In this document: piece by piece, positions 1-13,555 of the stretch
Layout: every line of letters starts with the position of its first letter
Position numbering within the stretch: the stretch's first letter is position 1
Assembly (NCBI GenBank): GCA_964016885.1
Contig: OZ024742.1
Location: 58,962,001 to 59,026,000 of the forward strand
DNA length: 64,000 bases
From: Eledone cirrhosa
Lineage: Eukaryota
Direction of reading: 5' to 3'
The notes under the pieces: model-generated
What the model was told of the DNA's origin: nothing
Seen by the model: only the letters and a program-made list of their open reading frames with translations
Databases searched by the model: none
Position numbers and translations under genes: made by a program

Positions 1-630
1 ACTCGTTCACTTTCCTCACCCACTCATCTCTTACTGTTTCACTTTCCCCTTCACTCTTGTCTTTCTCCTTTCCTCTCGTCTGTTTCTCCGTCACCCTCAC
101 TTTTCCCTCTCTATCTCCCACATTTCACTAATTCTCTACATCTTTATCACATTCTTCCCTCTTAATTCCTTCATTTTTTTCTTTTGGTCCTTTAACCCGC
201 TCCTCCTCCGCATTTATTCATTCTTAGAATAAATTCCTTTCTTAGAGAGAGCAAACATTATCCGTATCCTTTAGGGAAATATAAAAAAAACAATTCCAAA
301 ACCGCAAAAACAAGTAGTGAAATAAAGAAAATGAAAGAAAAAACATCAGCAAAGAAACTCTACAAAACAACAACAAAATATCAAAACAAAGCAAAAACAA
401 CAAAATTTCTCCGAAAAACAAAATGAAGATACATTAAACCTGACAAAGCTGTATGTAAAAATGTCTGAATAATCCCCAAATGGATCCAGAACTAAGTGTA
501 CCAGAATTTCATTAGAAATTGCCTGACAGATGACAGCTTTGTTTCTTTGGTACGAAACACTAGTCATTAGCATCTAATAATTTTGGCTGTGTTATGTCTT
601 TCTTTGTGTATGGTAGATATTATTTATGTA

Positions 631-800
631 AATTGGCAGTATTGGTAGAGGGACAGACACCATGCTTACGGTCCCTTTTGGTTTGAGTTCAAATCCCGCC
701 GAGGTTAACTTTACCTTTCATCCTTTCAGGGTCGATAAAATAAAGCACCAATAACGCACTGGGATAATTGCTGGCTTTGTGCCAAAAGTAGAAACAATTA
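631..800 (+). mobile_element. tRNA-derived SINE, Meta-domain-like family
   Basis: B-box-like GAGTTCAAATCCC followed by the CCTTTCATCCTTTCAGGGTCGATAAAATAAAGCACCA central motif; recurs many times in the window. Confidence 0.7.
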
Positions 801-1184
801 TTTATCTACTCGTGGCTCGGTGTCCTCAATGATAACAGTAATAGTATTGAATATATTTAATTTTTGGGGTCTAGCGTTGGTATGACATATATACCAGGAT
901 TACTAGATATATGATTAGTCGTACAAACAGAGAAATTTGCGTTTTGATAAATTAATGGTTTTTCTAAGAGAAACGTCATAGCTCAGGCAGATTACTGATA
1001 TAGGTAAATGAGTAAAGATTAAAATAAAACAATATTTTAATTATATATTTCTAGTTTGGCATATATATAAAAGTGACATATAGGATTAAATGTATGAGTA
1101 ACACTGGAGAAGTAACTATTTACATTGATTGTATTGTGTGTGTATGTGTGTAAGTTTTAAAGAGTAATACACACACGCACACAA

Positions 1185-1240
<56 letters not shown>

Positions 1241-1242
<2 letters not shown>

Positions 1243-1946
1243 CACAAGAATCAAAGCTATGTTCAAAGCATTTATTCACTTACAATTGTTTCATCCAAAC
1301 CTAGGCTTGGAGTCTTCGGAGCATTTTTCAATGTTTGTACACATAATTGACCTCCTTTCCAACGCAAGAGACATACAGATACATATGTATATATTGATGT
1401 AGAGTGGAGTGACATATATTATACTATATTATTTCTGTATTTTATTTTTATTTTTCTGCACACATACTTTTTTTATTATATTAAAAAAATACCTTACCAC
1501 TACAATCTCCATAATACTCTTAATTACCCGCTTAAAGTGCTTGTATTACATGTAACACCCTGCCACACAATAATCATATATAAATGAGACACACGTGCAT
1601 GCCCCACGTTTAACTAACGCATACACTAACTACTACATCTGACTAACAAACTATCCTCTTGCATTATCTATGTTAACTGCCGAATGTATTTTAATTTTAA
1701 TTTTGTTTTAATTTTGTTTTAATTTTAATTTTGATTTTGAATTGCTATACAGAAATAATATAGTATAATATATGTCACTCCACTCTACATCAATATATAC
1801 ATATGTATCTGTATGTCTCTTGCGTTGGAAAGGAGGTCAATTATGTGTACAAACATTGAAAAATGCTCCGAAGACTCCAAGCCTAGGTTTGGATGAAACA
1901 ATTGTAAGTGAATAAATGCTTTGAACATAGCTTTGATTCTTGTGAA
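1241..1946. repeat. ~200 bp inverted repeat (1241-1439 / 1747-1946), probable PLE pLTR stubs
   Basis: Arms are near-perfect reverse complements and each carries a hammerhead-like motif; left arm abuts (TA)n. Confidence 0.85.
1865..1909 (+). ncRNA. Minimal type I hammerhead-like motif (variant core CCGAAGA); mirror copy at ~1278-1323 on minus strand
   Basis: GCT-CCGAAGA-C-TCCAAGCC-TA-GGTTTGGA-T-GAAAC-AATT-GTA-AGT with palindromic stem III CAATTG. Confidence 0.55.
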
Positions 1947-2288
1947 TTCTATATAACTGCTCTGTGGAACAATTGATGTTATTATATTGAGCTATTTATC
2001 TTACTGGTAATAAGGTAGTAATAAATTACTGACCTTCACTGTTTAGGGTTTAAAATATATATAACTATAAAAAGTTTTAGTATATACACAACCATAAATA
2101 ATATCCTTAATATTATATATATATACATATTCATATACATATATATACATATCATATAGATGATACTATAACCTCGTAAATATATATATATATACACATA
2201 TACATACATACATACATATTAACATTTACACAAACATATCTATATATGTATACATACACTCATACATACTTAGATGTATATGTGTGTG

Positions 2289-2450
<162 letters not shown>

Positions 2451-2991
2451 ACTTCATTTCATGGTTTAAAAAAAAATATTTCTATTGTAGTTGTACTTGT
2501 TTGGCAAGTGACTTAACTTACGTATGTTGAAAACTGAATTAATTAGACCGCAGACGAGTGATATTAGTCATTTAACAAACCACAAAATCTATTGCATTCA
2601 CTTTCGACTGTTTCTTAATAGCAGTGTCTACTATGGGTGTCAAATAACTTCGCTGCATTGCTGCGACCTGGTGACATATTTTTTAAACTGCTTAGTCAAA
2701 TAGGGAAGGACAATGCTCATAATCTTTTTAAGAGCTTTCGAGCCAAGTAGAAGGGAAGGAAAGAGAGCTGAAGGTACTCTTCAACAGGAGATGCAGTCCG
2801 AATGCTTGCAACAGAAAAGATCCCACGAAAAACCACCAGATGTACTGACACAATTCCACAGACAAGACGGAACACAGCTGGGACACCTTTGGGCACAGGT
2901 GTCCTCAGTAACAATACACACGTACACTTTTATCTGACCACATGGAAATTCCACGGTTTCATCAGAGACAATCATGCAATGTTATAAAGAT

Positions 2992-3087
<96 letters not shown>

Positions 3088-3408
3088 AGGTTTGTATAAC
3101 GAATAATATATATGTTTAAAAATAAACATTTGAAAGCCTTTAGCAATGAATTTTAAAGGTGATGACTGTCGTCATCTACCTTATTCCAGCAGAAGGAAGG
3201 GGAAGCAACTGACAGCTGTTGCTGGATAATTCGGCGTTGCCAAGTTTACGCACCCCTTCCTTGCCTCCTACTGGAACTCAAATAAGCCGAAAATATATAG
3301 TTTTATCGCTTATATATATGGGGTGATTAGCCTCATTTGCATACGATGTAAATATATATATACATACATACATACATACATACATACATACATACATACA
3401 TACATACA

Positions 3409-3444
<36 letters not shown>

Positions 3445-3635
3445 TATACCTGTTAGTTTTTTCGTTGCTTTGGTATTGTGTGTTAAGTTTTGCCTGCCAC
3501 AATGTTCAATTTGTCTAGCTATTTAAACGTATGTTGTTACTCTACCCTTATTGAGTGCTTTGCTAACTCATTCCTATTGTGGGTCGACTTTGCTTGCTCA
3601 CAGCCAAAGCTTCAATTTTACTAAGCTTCCACATG

Positions 3636-3746
<111 letters not shown>

Positions 3747-3852
3747 ATATATATATATATATATATATATATATTCCTGTGGATTTCACACGAATGAAAC
3801 AGTTCTAGTCCAGTAGAAGTCATTTCTATATATAATAAAGATGCCTATACTT

Positions 3853-3908
<56 letters not shown>

Positions 3909-3987
3909 GTAAAAAGAAATAAAAAAGCAAACGATTCAGTACAATGAAAAATTATAATAGTTTAACGCTTGAAATAATAGGAAAAGT

Positions 3988-4027
3988 GTCTTAACGTTTC
4001 GGACACTAGTCCTTCATTAGAAGATAG
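3988..4027 (-). ncRNA. Degenerate minimal hammerhead of a PLE 3' repeat (family also at 29.9, 30.9 and 59.9 kb)
   Basis: Minus strand CTAATGA-A-GGAC-TAGT-GTCC-GAAACGTTA-AGA; core differs from CTGATGA at one position. Confidence 0.5.
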
Positions 4028-4500
4028 AATGAGCAATAAAAGATGAAATAGAGAGATAAAGAATGAGAAGAGGAAGGAGTGGAAAAAGTTTAAGCAAACA
4101 ATTTCTGTTTTCACTATCATAGGGGACCGCCTGTAACATGTCAAATATAAACTTAGCATTCTGAGACAGGTTTTGCTGGATAAAATTTGATTCCATATCT
4201 CACTGAGTGAGCAATGGGAGCAAACGGGAATATAGATGATAGTATAACTTCGTATCATGTTGCTTGTTTTTCTTCCCATCTTCGGTTAGCTTTTCCTCCT
4301 ATGTTGTTTACTTGTCTCACTCGCTTTACGCGTTTCACTTGTCCCAATAGCTTATTTTAGTTATTGCTCGCACCAACCTGAGGTATATGATTTTTGATGC
4401 GATGAAATACCAATGATGGTTGGCAAATCACTGATGAGGGACTAATTTTATAATATGTAATCCATGTGCAACCATGCAGTATTCTTCTCCCCATGTTTTT

Positions 4501-4562
<62 letters not shown>

Positions 4563-4662
4563 TCCAGGGAGTGTAACTTGGAGTTACTGTAGGTTCACCC
4601 GGGTGAACACTCGATGTTTAGTTTCACTTCGGCGTTGAGGTGTAGAGCTAGACAGAGTGTAT

Positions 4663-5002
4663 TATAGTGAAATAAAATAAGAAGGACGATTGGTTACTCC
4701 TTCATTACGTTTATTGGTTGGTGACGCGCGTTTCACCACTGATCAGCTCAAAGTTCGATCTGTATCGATCTTACCCGACTCTGTAATCCGCCGCTCGTCA
4801 GACCCCTTGTAATGGTAATGGAAAAATGAATATACATGTATATTCATTTTCCCATTACCATTACTAGGGGTCTGACGAGCCGCTGATTACAGAGTCGGGT
4901 AAGATCGATACAGATCGAACTTTGAGCTGATCAGTGGTGAAACGCGCGTCACCAATCAATAAAGGTAATGAAGGAGTAACCAATCGTCCTTGCTATTTTA
5001 TT

Positions 5003-5010
<8 letters not shown>
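4663..5010. repeat. Spacer-less ~350 bp palindrome centred on 4836/4837
   Basis: Centre TGAATATACA|TGTATATTCA; arms reverse-complementary with few mismatches. Confidence 0.9.
4869..4953 (+). ncRNA. Type I hammerhead ribozyme with 40-nt loop II
   Basis: GGT-CTGACGA(4872)-GCCGCTGATT...GATCAGTGGT-GAAAC(4939)-GCGC-GTC(4948-4950)-ACC; intact core, 10-bp stem II including 3 G-U pairs, 3-bp stem I. Confidence 0.75.
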
Positions 5011-5077
<67 letters not shown>

Positions 5078-5689
5078 GCATACATAAATAATATAATTGT
5101 TGCCGCTCTCGTTATCACACACGCCCCCCCCCCCCACACGCTACTATCTCTTTTCCATTAACACTTGTTACGGCGCGAGATTAAAAACATTTTCGGCGTT
5201 GCCGCTACCAATTACCAGATCAACATCTCCACCACTGCCACCACCAACACCACTATCAACACCCTTACCAGCACCATTACCACCAGCACCACAAACACCA
5301 CCACCGCCACTGCCAGTACCACTGCCAGCACCACCAACACCAGCTCCACAGATATCTCTACCCCTCAAATAAATTCATCATCGCAATACAAAATAATACG
5401 ACTAATATATAGACAGACAGATGAATAGATAAATAGACCGATATATAGACAGACAGATAGATAGATAAATAGATAGATAGGTAGATTGATAGATTGATAG
5501 ATTGATAGATAAAAAACAGATAAATAGATATCACAGCAGCCATTGGTTGAGTCAATATGTATGAATGTATGTATGTATACATTTATGTACCCATAACTCC
5601 TGATGGAGTCATTTCTTGGCCATTAAACAAATTTGGCGGTGCCCATCTTCTCTCTAGGTTTGAACACAGCCGATTTCCTCCACAGAAGG

Positions 5690-5890
5690 AGATTGAGCGA
5701 TAGAGAAGTAAGAAAGAGATATAGGAAAAAATAGACACCAGTACTTGACTGGTACTTTTTTTATTGGCTACAAAATAATGAAAGACAAATTTAACCTCCC
5801 GGGATTTGAACTCAGAGGGAAGGGAACTAGAAAAAATACCGCAAAACATTCTATCCGACTTTCTAGTGACTCTGCCAATTCGCCGTCGCT
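5690..5890 (-). mobile_element. tRNA-derived SINE, Meta-domain-like family (degenerate)
   Basis: Reverse complement of GAGTTCAAATCCC...GGTTAA...TTTCAT and the AAGTACCAGTC motif. Confidence 0.55.
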
Positions 5891-8269
5891 GAGTCACTAT
5901 TACGTACGACAAAATATTTTACAGTATTTATTTGTTCGGTCTCTCTGTGCTCCCACTTTGCTTTTCACCCTTTCTTTATCGATAAAATATAGCACCAGTC
6001 AAGGACAGTGGGTTGGTGGAATTGCTAGGATACCTAACTAGATGCCTTGCAGTGTTTGTTCTGGCTCCTGGCCTTTTGACTTCAAATCCCTCTTTGTCCT
6101 AATAGGGTGGTAGTTTTAATTGGTCGGTCAGTCTAATATCACCACCTGTCATCGGGATGCTTTCAGCGGAGTCTTCTCTTGTGCAAACATTTAGGCCACG
6201 TCTCCGATTTTAGGAATACCCACTCCTTTTTATCTGTCACGGAGGACATGGAAAGAGTCATTGACATTGCTTTCGACTGAACAGTAACAAAATAGAAAAA
6301 AAAACCCCGTAAAATATTTTACTCCCAACATGGATCTCAAACGAAGTCATTTGTCAAACAAGTGCAACTCAGGAATGCATATGTAGCAATGTTCTAAAAT
6401 AATTTCTGGGTTATAATCTCCTGGAGAGAACACGTGGCTTTAACAATCAAAATGTCGAGATTCCGACTTTGTTACGTCTCTTCCAGGCTCGGTGCAGTCA
6501 GTAAGTCATATGTACCCACACTCAGATTGTTTATATATCTGCAGAAATATGGAATTAATAAGGAGATAATGTAGAAAGAGATAAACAGTTGAATAAGATC
6601 AACCAACTACGTTTAAAATCCCGATATTTCGGTTATCAGACCAGCATGCTCCCTCTAGGGGTTATACACCCCTCAAAATTATCTTAGAGGCATGCTAAAC
6701 AAATGTTCTTATACAAAACATATTTATCTAATAAACGACAGTCGAAATATAACAAAACCACCGGATGAACTACACATGGGGTGGCATGGGTTGTATTTGA
6801 AGAAGATGAGACACATCTGGTTAAACAGGGGTCTGAACGTAGCACTACTTAACACAGTTAACATGCAGAGTCAGGAGGTTAACATATGTTGTTTTTATGT
6901 AAGATATGGTCCTATATAAATAACCAATGTTCTCATATGCACCAACGAAAGAGTCCCTTTCTGATCTCTCGATCTTATAGAAATAATAAAATCTTACTTA
7001 AATCCTGTCCTATTGTTAAAAGAAACCAGAAAGATGGTATCGTCTGACAATTACCATGTCTGAATTAAATATAGGATGTTTACTGATGAAATGCCTTTAA
7101 GCATAGGTCTCCTGAGGCAAAACAATAGCAGCGATGACAACAAGAACACAAGATCAACAATACTCCACACATCCATGATCTATTTCGCACCGGCAAGCTT
7201 AATCTCTACCGAAGCATCACGGCTTGTTCATCTACTGGCTCATAAGACTACCGCTTTATCGTTACTGCCCACTACGCAACACAGCATTTTCCGGCTCTTA
7301 TTACATTATAAGTTAGCTGACTGGTCGGAGCGCCACTCACTGTCGTCTTGCAATAGTTTATGAAGAACATTAACCACACTTTCTCGCCTGTCCCGGAGGC
7401 CCTGCGAAGGTTATTGTAACAGCCATTCCCTCAAACAAAACCACATCTACAAGACAACGGGGTAATCTCAACTTGGTTATTTTGACTGCTAGAAATATCC
7501 ATCAAATCATACATAAATAACACGTTATTATCTTTAAAAATAAGTTGTAGGTCTTAGATGCTTAAAGTCTGACAAAATCGACGAAAATGTCATGGCTAGA
7601 CCGTCGTTGACCATAGGTTTCCTGTATCAGAATTTACTTGGAGCTGAACATCATCATCATTACCACCACTAACAACAACAACAAAAACAAAAACAACATA
7701 TATACTAAGATTATATCACAAAAAAAAATATTCTGATGGTTTTTTTTGGTTAGGGAGAGAATATATCGCCTGAAAGAATTACTTAAAACATCCTGGGAAT
7801 GTCTGGGCATAAATATCAGAGACATCATGCCGATGAATAATAATGTGCAAGTGCAGGACAGGGGCTTGGCAGATTTTAGAGCGCCGGAGGGAGATACCTA
7901 GCCAAGTGTGTACTGGTTGTGTCTATGTCGACGCAAGTACCAAGCTGAATCGTCCCATGCCTTTCTCTTGAATAAGATCGTAGAGTAAAAAGAAGACTGA
8001 ATATATGCATGGACAGCTGTTGGGTTTTCTTCAGAAAAAAAAAGCATTGCATAGACCAACACTTAGAACTTAAACTTTGAAGTCGAAGAATCATAAAGTA
8101 ACGAGACTTTTGGAGGCTCTATGGTTGCAATTGAAGCTACAGTTGGCGAGGAAGAATCACCCTAGTGTAAACCACTCTCACTCGTGCCAGACTAGTTGAC
8201 TGGACTGTCACACTGTCACCACGTCCCCATCCAGCCACAATTGCCTCCTCTTACCTGTCACCCTCTATT

Positions 8270-9170
8270 TTGGCCCTCTATCATAAATCATTCTCCAATC
8301 CCACCCCACCTCAGACCATTGCTTCCTCAACCCACCCATGTTTTCCTTCCCTAAAGCACGCATGCAATTTTCGTGATAGTTTGATTTACAGCTCATCTCC
8401 AATCCGATCATATCCTACTTCACTCGTATACCACCACTTTTATGCCTGTTACATCTGTCCGTTCATCACCAACATCTCCTTCATTGGACCCAACAGCCAG
8501 ACATTCTACATTTTGAATTCCTTTAGTTCCATCTTCTCTATCCTTGCCTACTGCTTAAGATGGTCGCCGGCAAGACAGGGTGCTGGTTGACAAATCCTTT
8601 CGCTGAACAGCTCCACAGCATTCAACTCATAGACAATCCTTCTGTCTTCCATCATTTTTAGTCTCGCAGACATTTGACCAACAACTTAAATGTGTTCAGT
8701 ATCTGTCTCTACCACGTGTCTTATCAATCTAGATTACCTCTTCAACAACAGTTCCTTTTCGGTTCCACACCTCCTACCACCATAGTACCCATATAACTCC
8801 TACCAAAAACAGACGCACTGCATGCACACTTACATAGCTGCATCTTTACACTACAAGTTCTATTAATTCTTCTCCCCTTGTTTTAGCTTTTTTTTGTCAC
8901 AACAGCCACGTCTTAGAAATGATATCTAAGCAACCAAATATAAAATGTCTTAGCAACAATATACGTACTTTCTATTTAATTCTCTATCAGCTTTTCATTT
9001 ATTCCTACATTTTAACATTTTCTTCTTCCTCTCCCTACCATCCAATGAAGAAAGTCTAACCTTAGACGTTATTCACTGACTTTCTCTTCTGAACATTAAA
9101 CTAGTATCATCGAATTTTACAGTATGTTTTATTTTTATTTCTGCTTTTTTTGTGAGTATTTTCTCTTTGC
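8270..9170 (+). pseudogene. Highly decayed PLE 3' region (Cys-linker/GIY-YIG remnant)
   Basis: CYICPFITNISFIGP..TFYILNSFS..LAYC resembles the PLE linker and endonuclease start seen at 59.1 kb. Confidence 0.35.
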
Positions 9171-9184
9171 CTCTTTGTCCAATT

Positions 9185-9405
9185 CAATCAATTCAATCCC
9201 AGGCCTTTTCACTCCACCGATGTTGTCCAAGGGAAACACATGGACCGATACAGCTTAGAACCAGTGACGTCGCAACGCATTTCTACAGCTGAGTGAACTG
9301 GAGCTAGCTACTCAAAAGAATAACACACAGCCCGATTCAGGAATCGAACTCACAACCTCCCGATTATAAGCCCAACGCTCTAACAACTATGCCATGCGTC
9401 TTCAC
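9185..9405 (-). mobile_element. tRNA-derived SINE, CORE-like family
   Basis: Minus strand A-box-like TGGCATAGTTGTTAG and B-box GAGTTCGATTCC; similar to the 11137 and 57378 copies. Confidence 0.65.
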
Positions 9406-9762
9406 ACACATACATATACAAACATACACAAATACACACTCTCTAACACACACAGATACACACACACACACACACACAACACATTATATATATATATATA
9501 TATACATACATTTATTTATGTATATCAATGGTAAAATCCATCATAGTCCTTTTTCTTCTTCTTTTCTCCCTCTACATCCCAAACCCCATTATTCCAGCCT
9601 TCTCTCTCTCTGTCAGAACTTTGCTATTTCCCGAAGAACATGTCCAAATACGGTGTAACCCTCAATTTACGTCTCAAACGTGAACCTGATAAAAATTGCT
9701 TTTGCACCTGTGTGTCTGTCCTGTTATTCTTCAACCACACACACACATCCACACACACACAT

Positions 9763-9888
<126 letters not shown>

Positions 9889-10138
9889 TTCGTTTTCGTA
9901 TTTGTTTTGCAAGTTATTTCATGTGAAATCATGCACTGAATTAGATGAAACAAGATCAGAACAAAGAGGAGAGCTGAGGAACAAGAGTAGTCATTGACAA
10001 GGTCACAGGATGTCTACCGAAGGAGTTACTAAACTAAAAGATGAATGGATTAGATACTCAGCTAATAATACACTGAAGTGAATCTTAAGTGGCGCATGTG
10101 TTTTTATTGGCATGAGCTTCCCGCCCCCCACAAAGTAT

Positions 10139-10200
<62 letters not shown>

Positions 10201-10369
10201 ATATATCATTTTTTATATATATATACGTATATTTAAAAATGTGTGCTTACACACTTTTACAAATTATTCCCTGTGATTGTTTCATGTGTTTATTTTAGAT
10301 ATATATATATATATATGTATGTCAATCAATTTCTAGTTTATATATATATACATATATAGATAAGCTCAA

Positions 10370-10815
10370 ACTATATTCTCTTCAACGCCGCCGCGAATGC
10401 TACATTATCTGTATGATGTGGAAAATATTCCATCAGCATTACCCAAATGATGTTGGCATCATCTTTAAAATTACACCTAAGGCTTGGGCCCTGTGCTATC
10501 CGCCCATAACAAAAATCAAACTACCATCTCATAACAACATTATGGCACAATTATTTCACCTTAATTGGTCCCGCTCTCTTTAATATTACACCAAAACACA
10601 TTAAAACAGAAACAGACCCCATAAAATTCCAAAAGTCTTTGGACAAATTCCTCCAAGAAAACCCGGATAAACCTTCTACGCCCGGATATGCCTCCATAGA
10701 CAATAACTCCCTACTTGAGTGGGCCTTAGTGTCCAAATCCTGATTCGAAAGACTTCGCCAGGTGGTGGTACGAAGTTAGACATGGCCTAGGCCAATACAG
10801 GTTGAAACCTATGAA
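10370..10815 (+). mobile_element. CR1/L2-like LINE 3' fragment
   Basis: Translates to ...GPALFN...IKFQKSLDKFLQENPDKPSTPGYASIDNNSLL, resembling a CR1-clade ORF2 C-terminus. Confidence 0.55.
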
Positions 10816-10817
10816 AG

Positions 10818-11135
<318 letters not shown>

Positions 11136-11136
11136 T

Positions 11137-11455
11137 GTGAAGGCGCATGGCTTAGTGGTTAGAACATTGGGCTTGCAATTGAAAGGTTGTGAGTTCGATT
11201 CTCGGAACGGGTGATGCATTGTGTCCTTAAGCAAGGCACTTTATTTGTCCAGTTTACTCAGCTGTAGAAATGAGTTGCGACGTCCTTTGTACCAAGCTGT
11301 ATTGGTCATTGCCTTTCCCTTGGACATCATTGGTGGCTGGTATGCATAGGCGACTGCTGGTCTTCCACAAAACAAACTTGCTTGGACTTATGCCTCGGAG
11401 GGCAACTTTCCAGGTGCAAATCACATGGTCATTCGAAACCAACGGGGTTCTTCTA
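11137..11455 (+). mobile_element. tRNA-derived SINE, CORE-like family
   Basis: A-box TGGCTTAGTGG, B-box GAGTTCGATTC, CORE-like GTGTCCTTAAGCAAGGCACTT. Confidence 0.75.
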
Positions 11456-11456
11456 T

Positions 11457-11487
<31 letters not shown>

Positions 11488-11606
11488 CACAGACATATAT
11501 TCCTTCCATATACTGTACCGACTTTGTTGTTATTTCTGTTTACCTTTTACATTTTCATAATTATATATATATATATATATATATACGTATATATATAATA
11601 TATATA

Positions 11607-12544
11607 TAAACTGGTATAATTTCACCCAAATTGTAGGAGTCCTATAATGAAACGAGACGTCCGTCTGGGAAGAGATATATTAGATATGTCTCATTTGAAA
11701 TAATACAGCCAATTTTCCACGCAATACTTTTAGTTAGCACCCCGAACACATAATTGGGAATATAATCACTTATTTCCTAATGTTTGTTGAGTGAGTTGGA
11801 ATTAGGCCGGAGTATCGCTAAAAAGCTTTCTCCGATATTGTATTTATTTACTTACTCTTGGCGCAGCAGATTTGAAAAAATTCCCGATATAAGGTCAGCA
11901 TTTCTTTGTTTATTTTTTATATATTAATATTGATTGTTCCTTATATCTCATTCTGTTATTTTGCCCGAGAAAATATCTGTGTGTGTCATCAAATGTTGTA
12001 CACACATAGGTATTTTTTCAATTTCATATTGAGTTCTTAGCACGTGGCCTGAATTCCTTTCAGAGTTCATTGTCACGCGCATGTATTGTTTTTTGGCGGT
12101 AATTCACTTCTTCATTTTTTGAATCAGTTCGAGCACTTCTTTCAGAACTACTGGACTGGCTACCTGACAGATACCTCAGGCACAGAAAGTGATTATCGCT
12201 AAATGCTGATGTTGGTTAGATTATCAATATTAGTATTATTGGGGCACCCACTGATGAATTATAGGAGCCCACTTGAATATATATCTATTGATGGTATACA
12301 AGCTCCTACATAAACTGGTATAATTTCACCCAAATTGTAGGAGTCCTATAATGAAACGAGACGTCCGTCTGGGAAGAGATATATTAGATATGTCTCATAT
12401 GAAATAATACAGCCAATTTTCCACGCAATACTTTTAGTTAGCACCCCGAACGTATAATTGGGAATATAATCACTTATTTCCTAATGTTTGTTGAGTGAGT
12501 TGGAATTTGGCCGGAGTATCGCTAAAAAGCTTTCTCCGATATTG

Positions 12545-12550
<6 letters not shown>
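11607..12550 (+). mobile_element. Partial-tandem element (240 bp direct repeats 11607-11847 / 12311-12550) in (TA)n; PLE pLTR or retrozyme-like
   Basis: Near-identical direct repeats 704 bp apart; TA tracts on both sides; contains a hammerhead. Confidence 0.7.
12247..12373 (+). ncRNA. Type I hammerhead ribozyme with 77-nt structured loop II
   Basis: CCCA-CTGATGA(12251)-ATTATAGGA...TCCTATAAT-GAAAC(12353)-GAGACGTCC-GTC(12367-12369)-TGGG; perfect 9-bp stem II and 4-bp stem I. Confidence 0.8.
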
Positions 12551-12635
<85 letters not shown>

Positions 12636-12973
12636 GTGAGGTTTTTTTTACAAAATGAAAAATAACCGAGGTGTCCTACACGAGTGAAAGTATAAAGAAA
12701 AAGAGATGAAATCGAAAATGCAACTGGAGTCTTATTTTTTAAAAATATATATATATTTATTTGGTTCCTTTACCGGTTTCGCAGTTCTTCTGCTTTTCAA
12801 AAGGTGAGTTGAGATGGAGGGTCTGTGGTTTTTCTCACATCTGGTTGGTCTCTGAATGTTACTTGTTTTATATGGAAAAAGTGGCTCGAAATGCCAGGTT
12901 TTTCGAGAAGTAAATATATATACATACATACCTACATATACATACATACCTACACACACACACACACACACAT

Positions 12974-13008
<35 letters not shown>

Positions 13009-13248
13009 CGAGAGAGAGGAGAAAAAAGACAATATATAGTGATGATATATAAATCTTTTCAAATTGATGGAAGATTTTCATTTTGTATATCTTTCTTTTG
13101 AAACTGAATAACGTGACGGATGTGAGTGCCTGTGTATATTTCTATATACAATTACATACCTGCACACACTCATTCAAACACACATGCATATACACACACT
13201 CACACGTACACGCAAGCATATTCACTTACACACATGCACGGACGCGCG

Positions 13249-13371
<123 letters not shown>

Positions 13372-13555
13372 ACACGTGCCGGCACCACATTGTTACTGAC
13401 GTTGACTTTGTCACTCCCACCCTTGCACACACTTACGCTTCTCCTACTTCTTTTACCTCTTTCTCCTCCTCACTTAACTCTCGTTTTCTTAGTCGTTCTG
13501 CCTCCAACCCCCTCTCTCTCCCCCTCTGTCTCTGTCTTTCTCCTGGTTAACTCTT

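Noticed and set aside
4425-4470. CTGATGA at 4431 as a hammerhead
   Set aside because: No suitably placed downstream GAAA or stem II found
5097-5428. Pro-rich and Thr-rich ORFs
   Set aside because: Degenerate (ACC)n repeat; no splice or domain support
5450-5530. (GATA)n tract as a Tx1 insertion site
   Set aside because: No element sequence adjacent; an unoccupied, degenerate tract
6560-6920. Additional PLE remnant on the minus strand
   Set aside because: Only isolated motif-like words (CHP, YIG); too decayed to support
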